33,829 bases of DNA from an archaeon. Lineage in GTDB: Archaea > Aenigmatarchaeota > Aenigmatarchaeia > GW2011-AR5. The stretch is taken from NCBI GenBank assembly GCA_016191585.1, contig JACPVU010000008.1, forward strand, positions 1-33,829, given 5' to 3'. The notes beneath the pieces were generated by a model. It was not told the origin of the DNA. It was given only the letters and a program-made list of their open reading frames with translations, and did not search any database. The stretch's first letter is position 1. Every line of letters begins with the position of its first letter. Positions 8,501 through 15,750 of the stretch are shown here, piece after piece. The position numbers and the translations under genes were made by a program.

Positions 8501-10856
8501 AATAGTACCAACTGTTACAAGCACGGCTTCATCAACGTCCACGATAAGCACTTTGAACATAACTGGTATCAACAAGCTTGGTGCAACAACCGACATAGGC
8601 GCGACAAACGTTGTTGTCATGGTCTACAATATAACATCGTCAAGCGAGCAGATGAACCTTACAGCGATAAACATAACAAGGACAGGAACAGCAGTAGACG
8701 GAGATATCGTTGCTGTCGGATTGTATAATAACACGGCTGATACAGTGCTGGCAAATTCCACGCTGTTGAGATGGAATACATCCTCACCTGTGAATGGTGT
8801 GTACAACTTTACTGGTGCCAGTTTGCTGAATATATCTTCAAACAGCTTCCAGCACCTTCTCGTAGTGTTTAATATTTCAAGCAGCGCAACAGGAGGACGC
8901 ACATTCGGAATATCGCTCGGCTCAACAAATATGAGCATCACGTCAGGAACAAGCGGATACTCTGTCACGCCCCAGACGCTGACGTCAGCCGGCTCGAATA
9001 TATCAACAATAGCAGGCACACTCACAATAACAGGAACCACACGTGTGGCGGCAACAACAGCAATAGAAACCAAGAATATCACTGTTGTAACATTTAACAT
9101 ATCCGCTACAAGCGAGCAGATGAACATATCAGAGATACTGATTACAAGGACAGGAAACATAAATGACGGAGACATAGCATCTGTCTCATTATATAACGAT
9201 ACTATAAACGACGGCGTGTTCAACGGAACAGAGACACTGCTCAGCATCAAGACTACAAGCTCAAGCGGAAAATATAACTTCTCAGGCTTGTCGCTGGCAA
9301 TACCGTCAGGCGGCTCCAGGATACTATTGGTAGTGGTTAACACGACAGCAACTGCTGCAGGAGGCCACACGTTTGGCATGGGAATAAATGTCTCTGCTGA
9401 TGTCGCAACGATTGGCGGATCATCAGGACAGACTGTTGCAGAATCAATAACAACGGGATTATCAGATAATTCAACACTGTACGGAAACCTTACAATAACA
9501 GGGACAAATAAGATATCGCAATACATGGCAGCCGGGGCAGTGAACGTGTCTGTGATAAGCTATTCATTCACAGCATTCGGCGAGACAATGAATATCAACA
9601 ACTTCAGCCTGACAAGAACTGGAACCGCAGGCGACGGCGACATACTTGCTGTCGGCCTGTTCAATGCAACTAATGATGACGGTGTATTAAATGCAACAGA
9701 GACGCTCGTAAGATGGAACCTTACAATGTCCGGCTCTGTGTATAACTTCTCTGCTGCTCCATTGTTCACTGTCACGAACGGCACGACGCAGGTGCTTATA
9801 GTGGTCGCAAATGTTTCATCAGGCGCAGTAGGCGGCAGGACATTCGGGCTGACGACATCCACTGCGAACATGACAGTGGTAGGCGCCTCTTCTAGCGTTG
9901 CGATAACACCGACTGTGGCAACTCTGGGCTCGAACACGTCAACGACAACGGCCGATTCAAGCGCTCCGACAATAACAGCAACAGCACCAACCACAGCAGC
10001 AAAGGTCACAACAGCTACGCCGGCACTGCTTGTGAACACAAGCGAGAACGCAGTATGCAAATTTGATACTTCCAGTAAGGTATATGCAAGCATGGCAAAT
10101 ATAATGGACGGAAGCGGAACAACGCACAACTATACATTAGCATCATTAACGAACGGCGTATATACTTACTATGTAAGATGTCAGGACACATACGGAAACG
10201 TAATGACAACTTCAGAACCAATAAACTTTGAGGTCAACGCAACTGACACAGCTGCTCCGGTAATAACAGCTACAGCACCTACAACAGCTGCAACCGTTAC
10301 AACAAGTACGCCGGCACTGCTTGTCAACACAAGCGAAACAGCAACCTGCAAGTTTGACACTTCTGACACAACGTATGCAAGCATGTCAAGCACGTTTACA
10401 GGCAGCGGGTCAACAGCACATAATTACACGTTGTCTTCACAGAATGATGGTGTCAAGGCTTACTATGCAAGATGCCAGGACACAGCAGGCAATGTCATGA
10501 CGTCCTCTTCTGTCATATGGTTCAGTATTGATACGACGGGAAACTACAATTACACGCAGCCGACAACAGGATACTTCAGCACAGGATGGAAGACGTTATT
10601 CATACCAACGCAGACGATAATGGAATCCACGGGCAAGACATCTGCAGCAACTGGCAGCTTCAACTTCACTTCCATCTTATCCAGCATGGGCTCGAACTGG
10701 AACTATATGTATTATAACGTCAACGGTTCCAGCAGCGGATGGGTGCTCGCGACAAGGACAGACCCTGGCGGCTCGACGCTGAAGTATGTGAACAACACGA
10801 ACGACAAGCCGTACTACATAAACGTAACGGCATCCAACGTGAGATTTACGCTCTGA
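2508..10856 (+). CDS. Giant secreted beta-repeat surface (glyco)protein, 2782 aa
   Basis: N-terminal signal peptide. Three Cys-paired type-A domains, about 13 type-B repeats of about 150 aa (GTxxITGxN...YNITATGExMN...DIxxVxLYN...GGRTFG), and two C-terminal DxxAPxIT...CKFD...RCQDxxGN Ig-like repeats. Ends in a 'GWKTLFIP...YYINVT' domain. Abundant N-x-S/T sequons; no C-terminal TM helix. Confidence 0.9.
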   Translation: MEKSMKGLLKGSHKGLMTGAIFVLAIALVLGVLYVTTVSASHSTATTVAPAGPVDTSQAIQLNFTITRTGADNFTRININFTAAGWGVPSSNNSITCSNSGSTQWNASLPGGGIVRCFADVADINFTGTTFNITVSGTASPAAPQTSTFTINTTDDTGITNVSTVAITVTQLFANATLNDTVAEISSAKAYTFTIGNNGTDEINRIIITYTNAAFADPSAGNIVCPSISGSWGSASVDADLNTITCTNSGGQNLVSGQSTTITVGSFTAPATAGVKTFDIDARGNLGGNFSLQANRPTVTVYGTMALTSVDRASGATTVAIGAANKIMGQINLSSTGEAISSIAIRVNTVATNLNDLSRIMVYNDTGCNGTIDASNDFIQVSDTVNQSMVLTLASTGNIPSGKAQCYLIAYNISATATGGDTIKISVGGTNTTGTGDSSSQTITSTGSAFGSSTVTIFGALNISGTNRVATTKQIGTSNVLVITYNFTATSEDMNVTNIQLTRTGTSQDADVTAVALYNETNINDGVLNGTETLIGWKTASPNGVYNFTNMNFIVKSGATNYQTLLIILNLSSSATAGRTFGVELTPTNVSTTSITSAQAITETVTTGASTASKIYGTSAIIGINQNPATTVIASNNVVTIIYNITATGEQMNLTAINITRLGSMAGSTNTNISSIGLYNNSVGDTALGNATLMRWNATEPVNGVYVFNISADDSTDILNISSGGSQLLFVVFNITPDATGGQTFGANIATANLSMLGSASGVVITPTLTSSNSSLSTIYGNFSVVVADLTPTNVDQSQEAGIISLAFKALGEAMNIKELNATMVNTNNNDVTAAKLYEDTDTSSSYTSGDTLITTAALSGNVARFGSGATNGIYNVSRGLTKTLIITYVINASATASNTVDAQVVGAGNITVTGALSGVAITTIGAFALNPAGTSNILALSATAVVNDTTQQINLRKNLKFTITNPSGGDSINEIRVNYSISGYADTETANLTCPTIGAGAWDKTIDSNGKVVKCTKTSIASALAAGANADVSIASFLAPATAGSKVFDITVNGSAGGNFTLSSSRPTMTVYGTLSLTGTNRVASTRQIGTTNVTIITYNLTAAGEAMNVSAIQLTRTGSVQDADISAVGLYNDTSNEGVYNATETLIGWNTTSNGVYTFSNINLIVPSAGSQILLIVFNLSSSATGGRTFGVEVIAANVTTTGVSSSQSITETVTTGASTASTIFGTSAITGINRLTPTVNVSSTNVPVIIYNITATGEQMNLTAINITQLGTSAGPTNTNITAVGLYNNSAGTDLATATLMKWNATRPTNGVYVFNISADDGTSILNVSAGGTQYLFVVFNISGTADVTFGKTVGANIATANLSMLGSASGVAITPTLTSSNSSLATIVGTSSITGINKAGASNNVSTSNVAIIVYNITATGEAMTLSNLNITRLGTATAADIAAVGVYNNSVTTSATDSTLIGWNSSSPTGLIYNFSATSLAAVAAGSNQHIIVVFNLSSSATGGRTFGANIATVNLTLTGATSSQAITPTLASSNSSTPTIFGTTSLTGINQVTATTNISSTNAAVMVYNITATGEAMNITEFNITMTGTATAADIPVIALYNSSTSTSITGATAVSTNGTRTGINVRFAGTPAVAVAAGGYQHLIVVVNVAAGATAGNTFGVNTATANMTFRGGTSNIEAVPVVSTTASSTSTIIGTSTITGINQVSGTTNASSSNVAIVVFNLTATGEAMNLSEINITMLGSALAADVTTVALYNSSTGTSITGATAISANGTRSGIMVNFTKTAEAPLVAVAAGGYQHLIVAFNVASAATGGRTFGAASTTANMTVISGTTGQNIKPSTQAALTSTTSTIYGTSAITGIDKQVTMNPAGTNNIAVVVYNITAMGEAVNLSYLNITRLGTATAADIAAVGVYNNSVTTSATGSTLIGWNSSSPSGLVYSFSGTPIVTVAAGSNQHIIVVFNLSSSAIGGRTFGANIATANLTMVGGTTNNAIVPTVTSTASSTSTISTLNITGINKLGATTDIGATNVVVMVYNITSSSEQMNLTAINITRTGTAVDGDIVAVGLYNNTADTVLANSTLLRWNTSSPVNGVYNFTGASLLNISSNSFQHLLVVFNISSSATGGRTFGISLGSTNMSITSGTSGYSVTPQTLTSAGSNISTIAGTLTITGTTRVAATTAIETKNITVVTFNISATSEQMNISEILITRTGNINDGDIASVSLYNDTINDGVFNGTETLLSIKTTSSSGKYNFSGLSLAIPSGGSRILLVVVNTTATAAGGHTFGMGINVSADVATIGGSSGQTVAESITTGLSDNSTLYGNLTITGTNKISQYMAAGAVNVSVISYSFTAFGETMNINNFSLTRTGTAGDGDILAVGLFNATNDDGVLNATETLVRWNLTMSGSVYNFSAAPLFTVTNGTTQVLIVVANVSSGAVGGRTFGLTTSTANMTVVGASSSVAITPTVATLGSNTSTTTADSSAPTITATAPTTAAKVTTATPALLVNTSENAVCKFDTSSKVYASMANIMDGSGTTHNYTLASLTNGVYTYYVRCQDTYGNVMTTSEPINFEVNATDTAAPVITATAPTTAATVTTSTPALLVNTSETATCKFDTSDTTYASMSSTFTGSGSTAHNYTLSSQNDGVKAYYARCQDTAGNVMTSSSVIWFSIDTTGNYNYTQPTTGYFSTGWKTLFIPTQTIMESTGKTSAATGSFNFTSILSSMGSNWNYMYYNVNGSSSGWVLATRTDPGGSTLKYVNNTNDKPYYINVTASNVRFTL
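4428..8260 (+). repeat. Exact intragenic DNA repeats between type-B modules
   Basis: 4428-4480 = 6261-6313 (53 bp); 6042-6087 = 7002-7047 (46 bp); 6805-6859 = 8206-8260 (55 bp). Confidence 0.85.
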
Positions 10857-10989
10857 TTGACGGATAGATGGTTATTTTTATATTTTCATGATTTTTATTA
10901 AGGCAATAAAAAATCCTGAACCGAAAAACCGAATGAAAAGACGGCAGGATTTCCTGTGCTTACTGCAGCATCAAAATGGGGTTGTGTCA

Positions 10990-12144
10990 ATGAATAAATT
11001 TTTAATCTGTACAATGATAGCATTAATGCTCGTACCAGTTTCTTTTGCAGCGTCGCCTGTCTTTTTCCGCGGATATGCGTTCCTTGACGGCTCAACAGCT
11101 GCAAACGGCACGGTTGTAGAGGTCTTCATAAATAATGCGTCAACGTCCTCAGCAGGCGTTTCCATAGGACAGGGAGTTCTTGCAGACGTGACGCCGCAGG
11201 GGCGCTACGTAATTTCTTTTGAGGCAAGCACAGGCGATAATATTACTTTTAAGATAAACAGCGCAGCACTTGTGGCTGCAAACGGCACGAACACTTCTGC
11301 GCAACAAATCACTGCAGGCATGTTTGTTGTCGAGAACTTTAATTTATCAGCGAACAGCTCTGCGAACGGCGTTGCATGCACGTACGCATCCGGATGCTCG
11401 GGCGGATACTGCGTACATAACATATGCAGAGCAGCGTCAACAAACTGCGGCGACGGCTACTGCGACACAGGCGAGTCTTGTTCAACAGATAATTCTGCAT
11501 GCTCGGCAAGTCAATCCTGTACAAATGGCTGCCAGACAACAGCAACAACGACAACATCTAGCAGCGGAAGCGGCGGAGGCGGTGCTGTTTCCTTGCCGTC
11601 AACAACTGCAAGCGCAGGGTCAATAGCAAGCGGCGAGACAAAGAGCGTTGCAATAACAGAAGCATCCCTTCCAGTCACTACAATAGAGCTTACAGCCAGC
11701 CAGTCAGTGTCAGCTGTGTCTGTCACTGTAAAAGAATCGAGCGCGCCTTCGACTGCGAATATTGTCATATCTTCCTCGTCAGGATCTGTCTACAAGTACA
11801 TGGAAATAACCCAGACAGCCCCGTCTACGTCGATATCGAACGCAAAGATAAAATTCAAGGTGCCAAAATCGTGGCTTGACCTGAACAAGATAGGCGCGTC
11901 TACTGTTGCTTTGAACAGGCTTGCAGGAACAACATGGAGCAAATTGCCGACAACAAAATTATCTGAAGATACATTGAATGTTTATTACGAGGCAGAAACG
12001 CCGGGCTTCTCGACGTTTGCTGTTACTGGCCTGAAGACTATCGGTTTTCTTGACATCATCAGCAAGATTGACGACTACTACAAGAACAAGGTAAGCTTCC
12101 TCAGCGTGATAGATTTCATAGATTTATATTATAAAAACAAATAG
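10990..12144 (+). CDS. Secreted PGF-pre-PGF domain protein with Cys-rich segment and duplicated C-terminal helix
   Basis: Likely start MNKFLIC (signal peptide ending SFA). Ig-like N-domain, Cys-rich region, Thr/Gly linker, 'YEAETPGFSTFAV', and tail FLDIISKIDDYY/FLSVIDFIDLYY. Confidence 0.85.
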   Translation: MNKFLICTMIALMLVPVSFAASPVFFRGYAFLDGSTAANGTVVEVFINNASTSSAGVSIGQGVLADVTPQGRYVISFEASTGDNITFKINSAALVAANGTNTSAQQITAGMFVVENFNLSANSSANGVACTYASGCSGGYCVHNICRAASTNCGDGYCDTGESCSTDNSACSASQSCTNGCQTTATTTTSSSGSGGGGAVSLPSTTASAGSIASGETKSVAITEASLPVTTIELTASQSVSAVSVTVKESSAPSTANIVISSSSGSVYKYMEITQTAPSTSISNAKIKFKVPKSWLDLNKIGASTVALNRLAGTTWSKLPTTKLSEDTLNVYYEAETPGFSTFAVTGLKTIGFLDIISKIDDYYKNKVSFLSVIDFIDLYYKNK

Positions 12145-12152
12145 GTGATTTG

Positions 12153-12914
12153 ATGAAAAAAATAATGATAGCTGTTTTGATGTTTGTGCTTATGGGCACG
12201 GCTGCCTTTGCTGTCACGGTGGACAGGAGCATGCCTTCTTCTGTTGACCCTTCATCTTCATTTACAGTTTCGTTTAATATTAATCCGGAAGGCACTCTTA
12301 CAGGATTCGACCTTGCTGATTTTGTTCCAAATGGATGGAATTTGAATGACTGGTCTGTGACAGGATACTTGAAATCTGACATCACATACGACAGCCAGTC
12401 GAAAGAATATCAGGGCGCAACAAGGAACGTGCTTCACTGGAAATTCAACAAGAACATGACATCAGCAGCGACGCTGACTTATACGATGAGCGCGCCTTCA
12501 ACCACAGGGACGTATGATCTCATTGCATTATGGCTGTACCCTGGCGGATTCAACTCCAAGACTTCCAGCTTGGCTGTTGGAACACAGCAAGCGCAGCCAC
12601 AGCCTCAACCACAGCCAGAACCGCAACCGCCTGTGCAGGTAGTATGCGGCAACAACGCTGTTGAATCAGGAGAAGAATGCGACGGCACTGACCTTTCGGG
12701 ACAGACCTGCATTACAAAAGGATTCCAGGCAGGGACACTGAAATGTACGAACTGCAGGTTTGATTCCAGTGAATGCGGATCCATAGCACCTGTTCCAGGA
12801 TTTAATCTAGGTGCTGACCAGTCTATGACAGTGTACGCAATTGTCGCGATAGTGATCATAGCTGTTGCAGGCTACTGGTACTACCGCAAGCCGAAGAAAG
12901 TTGCAAATGTATAA
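12153..12914 (+). CDS. Membrane-anchored surface protein: beta-sandwich (cohesin-like?) domain, PQ linker, Cys-rich CGN..E.GEECDG repeat, TM helix
   Basis: GGTGA RBS at 12144-48, signal peptide, QPQPQPQPEPQPP linker, C-terminal hydrophobic helix followed by RKPKK. Confidence 0.85.
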   Translation: MKKIMIAVLMFVLMGTAAFAVTVDRSMPSSVDPSSSFTVSFNINPEGTLTGFDLADFVPNGWNLNDWSVTGYLKSDITYDSQSKEYQGATRNVLHWKFNKNMTSAATLTYTMSAPSTTGTYDLIALWLYPGGFNSKTSSLAVGTQQAQPQPQPQPEPQPPVQVVCGNNAVESGEECDGTDLSGQTCITKGFQAGTLKCTNCRFDSSECGSIAPVPGFNLGADQSMTVYAIVAIVIIAVAGYWYYRKPKKVANV

Positions 12915-12927
12915 TTTTTTCTTTTTT
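12915..12927 (+). terminator. Archaeal oligo-T terminator
   Basis: TTTTTTCTTTTTT immediately after the stop codon. Confidence 0.55.
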
Positions 12928-13013
12928 GATGATTTAATTAATCGATTTATGCAGATTTGCGCAACATAAGTTATAAGAATTACGCAAATCTGATATCCAA
13001 TATTGATTATTCT

Positions 13014-13146
13014 GGCTCTGTAGAAATGCTCAAGGAAAGCATCGGTGTGAGGGGTATCGTCTATATATGATACCTCTAGTTGACATATACGTCATGTTGA
13101 CGTATATGTCTACACCGATGCTTTTTCATAGGTTTTCTACAGAGCC
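13014..13146. mobile_element. 133-bp MITE, probably IS1595-family derived
   Basis: Perfect 13-bp TIRs GGCTCTGTAGAAA/TTTCTACAGAGCC, flanked by an 8-bp direct repeat ATTATTCT (13006-13013 and 13147-13154). Interior consists of nested inverted repeats. Confidence 0.8.
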
Positions 13147-13153
13147 ATTATTC

Positions 13154-13201
13154 TTTAAGACCAACGTCTTAAAAAAATACGTAAAGCTTTATTAAGACGT
13201 T
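13154..13201 (+). promoter_or_regulatory. Promoter and operator-like inverted repeats of the HEPN-MNT operon
   Basis: AACGTCTTAA(13163-72)/TTAAGACGTT(13192-13201). The right arm overlaps TTTATTAA. A third TTAAGAC half-site lies at 13155. Confidence 0.5.
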
Positions 13202-13217
13202 AGTACATATAATACGT

Positions 13218-13649
13218 ATGCAGGAACAAAAACATATTGAAGCACTGAAAGAAGTCATGGAAACACTGGAGCAAAGCCTGAAAGATTCACGCGGTCTTTG
13301 TGCATGGCAAAGAAGACTTGCTTCTATGCTGTCATTAGGATCACAACATCTTATAGAGTTTTATTTCCATAGAATGGGTGCTATGAAACCGGGGGCACAA
13401 CTAAAACACGAATGGCTTAAAATGGAAGAAAAAAACCTTAAGATCAGATTGAACGGCATAATGACAAAGTCTGCTTCAAATATCAAAGACTGGAATGAAA
13501 TATTTGCAATAGCCAAAGTAATTGAGACGGATAGAAATGATCTCGTTTATGGTTCAAACATGAAAGATGATGCAAAACTAAGGAGCAAGGTAGAGCACTT
13601 TCTTGACCTGAAAAAAATTGTGGAAAAGAACACGGGTGATATTCTATGA
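13218..13649 (+). CDS. HEPN-like helical protein (putative toxin)
   Basis: All-helical 143 aa with 'DRNDLVYG' (R-X4-Y). 4-nt ATGA overlap with the MNT gene. Confidence 0.65.
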   Translation: MQEQKHIEALKEVMETLEQSLKDSRGLCAWQRRLASMLSLGSQHLIEFYFHRMGAMKPGAQLKHEWLKMEEKNLKIRLNGIMTKSASNIKDWNEIFAIAKVIETDRNDLVYGSNMKDDAKLRSKVEHFLDLKKIVEKNTGDIL

Positions 13650-14269
13650 CAATGCACGACGATATGCTGAGTTATGCAATAACCTCTTCTGCGTATATAA
13701 TTTCATCGATGTCATATTCCGACAGGAAAAAGATAAAAAATGTCATATTATTTGGAAGCGTTGCGCAAATGAGAACACATGAAGAATCCGACGTGGATAT
13801 ATTTTTTGATACGGACGCACCCCAAACCGTCCAGAATAGAATAAAAACCAGCATAAATAAAATGACCGGGCAGTGGAAAATGACACAGGACGCACTCAGG
13901 TTTAAAATGAAAAAGATTGACAACGATATAAATGTGACCGTTGGCAATCTTGATGAATGGGCAGACCTTCACAGAAGCATTGCGTCATCCGGTATAGTTC
14001 TTTATGGCAAATATGTTTCAAAACAGCTGTCAAAAACCATGCATATCATATTTTCCTGGGAAAATCTCGGAAAAAATAAAGGTGCCATACTAAATAAACT
14101 TTATGGATATAAATCAGGAAAAAAATATTACTCTGGATTACTGGAAAAAAATCACGGAAAAAAACTTGGCAGAGGAACAATCATGATACCTGCAGATAAA
14201 AAAGAAATTATTACGGACATGTTTGAAAAATATGGCATTGATTATTCTATGTTTGAGGTATGGGCATAA
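13646..14269 (+). CDS. Minimal nucleotidyltransferase (MNT) with extra C-terminal domain
   Basis: ILFGSVAQMRTHEESDVDIF matches GS-X10-DxD; about 80-aa C-terminal extension (LYGY...YSGLLE...KLGRG). Confidence 0.85.
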   Translation: MTMHDDMLSYAITSSAYIISSMSYSDRKKIKNVILFGSVAQMRTHEESDVDIFFDTDAPQTVQNRIKTSINKMTGQWKMTQDALRFKMKKIDNDINVTVGNLDEWADLHRSIASSGIVLYGKYVSKQLSKTMHIIFSWENLGKNKGAILNKLYGYKSGKKYYSGLLEKNHGKKLGRGTIMIPADKKEIITDMFEKYGIDYSMFEVWA

Positions 14270-14328
14270 ACCGGGTATCGTGCGAACACGTGCAAACTAA
14301 TAAATAACATCTCACATAAGAAATATTC

Positions 14329-14672
14329 ATGCTAACGATTGAAACAGTTGTGGCAATGCTTGCGGCAATGGTGATCATTACTGCAGCAGGCTTTTTTCTT
14401 GTGGTGAGAACAAAGAGGGGACCCACTGATTACGCACACTGTTTGTAGTGGGAATAATATCTGCTGTAACTGGATTTCTAATCGATAATTATGCGCTTAT
14501 CCTGTTAGGTATTTTAATATCGATGATCAGCTTTGCCAACAGGGACACGTGGGAAAAGAACAAGACAAACTGGAAAAAGATCAGCAGGGAAGAAAGAAAG
14601 ATAAGCGCAATAATCATGATGCTGATACTTGCCGTGATCATTATAGGTCTTGCATCATACAGTCTGAGATGA
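14329..14672 (+). pseudogene. Small multi-TM membrane protein with a 1-bp frameshift near 14433 (possibly a sequencing indel)
   Basis: ATG 14329 gives MLTIETVVAMLAAMVIITAAGFFLVVRTKRGPTDY. Adding one base continues as (R)TLFVVGIISAVTG, in frame with ORF 14448-14672. Confidence 0.65.
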
Positions 14673-14816
14673 CATAAGATTGTTGCTCATTATATTGATC
14701 AATAAATAACAATATTGCTCAATACATTAAGCAATAAGAATTCGAGTTAAGGTCAACAGAAGGAAATTTTCCGTAAATTCCCTTTTTGGGGCGCATAATC
14801 TCTCCCTTTGATAAAA

Positions 14817-14986
14817 TGCGCCCGCCGGGATTCGAACCCGGATCATCAGCCGAACTTCTTGGGAAGAAGTTCGATCAAGAACCTTCCCATAGATTTACTT
14901 CTGATACAGCCTTTATTTCTTAATCGACTTTCTTTCCTAAAGAAAGTCGTTGGAAGGCTGAGGTCCTACCATTAGACTACGAGCGC
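14817..14986 (-). tRNA. tRNA-Gly(TCC) with 99-nt anticodon-loop intron (about 14851-14949)
   Basis: Acceptor GCGCTCG/CGGGCGC plus A73, D-arm with TAATGGTA, anticodon stem TCAGC/GCTGA with CT-TCC-A, T-arm CCGGG-TTCGAAT-CCCGG. No encoded CCA. TTTATAAA near 15020-27. Confidence 0.92.
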
Positions 14987-15036
14987 ATGATCATATTTGT
15001 TATAATTGTGAGTCGTGCCTTTATAAACAATATTTT

Positions 15037-15750
15037 TTAGAAGAACAGCACGACAAACAATGAGAAAAGCATTAAACTTCCTAGGTCTGCGATGGATGTT
15101 GTTATAGGGATCAAAAAGTTGTTCGGGTCCTCCTTCTTCTTGTATATCCATAATCCGCCTACGAATGAGACAATGATTATTATCCCGACCAGCGAGAACG
15201 TTGACAATAGTGCCAGCACTATAACCTTGAAAAACAATACAAATGACAGTTCAAACCCTCTTGCAACCGCAAACACGTAGGAAAGTACGCCTATGTAGAC
15301 AGCCGATATCAATGCCACTACTAGTATAGTCATGATAAGCTCGTGCACTTTTTCCGAGTTCCACCAATCCTTGCCTATGAAGCCCATATAAAGCATTGTC
15401 GTGAATTTTGACGAAATGATCGCGCCAAAATCACCTATCATGTCATTGAGCGCAGGAAGAAGGATGAGAAGAGGCAGAATAGTTATTATCGTGCTCTCTA
15501 TTGATTTCAGGTGGATGCCGCCTATCGAGCTCACGACAGCAGCCAGCATAAGGATTTTTATGCTTTCTTTTATGATAACTTTTGCAACATGAGAATGCGG
15601 GCCGTATTCCTTCATGTAAAACAGCGTCTTGTAAGACAGCTTGTGCTTGTGGTGCAGCTTGTGGATTATATGGTGGTGTTTTTCCCTTTTCAGAGATTCG
15701 ACTGAACTTACGTCGCGTTTTGTTATTGTGTGCTTTTTCATAAATATCAC
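15037..15750 (-). CDS. MgtE/SLC41-type divalent cation transporter membrane domain with His-rich N-terminus
   Basis: LPALNDMIGDFG and DPNNFLIPITTSIAD motifs, about 5 TM helices, and KHHHIIHKLHHKH. The start may be ATG 15741. Confidence 0.85.
   Translation of the reverse strand: MIFMKKHTITKRDVSSVESLKREKHHHIIHKLHHKHKLSYKTLFYMKEYGPHSHVAKVIIKESIKILMLAAVVSSIGGIHLKSIESTIITILPLLILLPALNDMIGDFGAIISSKFTTMLYMGFIGKDWWNSEKVHELIMTILVVALISAVYIGVLSYVFAVARGFELSFVLFFKVIVLALLSTFSLVGIIIIVSFVGGLWIYKKKEDPNNFLIPITTSIADLGSLMLFSLFVVLFF

Noticed and set aside
14446-14448. In-frame TAG as pyrrolysine or stop-codon recoding
   Set aside because: Read-through hits TAA two codons later; a frameshift explains the gene better. 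TAG, TGA and TAA all end confident genes in this window.
14851-14950. Group I intron or box C/D guide within the tRNA-Gly intron
   Set aside because: Too short for a group I core, and no RTGATGA/CTGA boxes on the transcribed strand.
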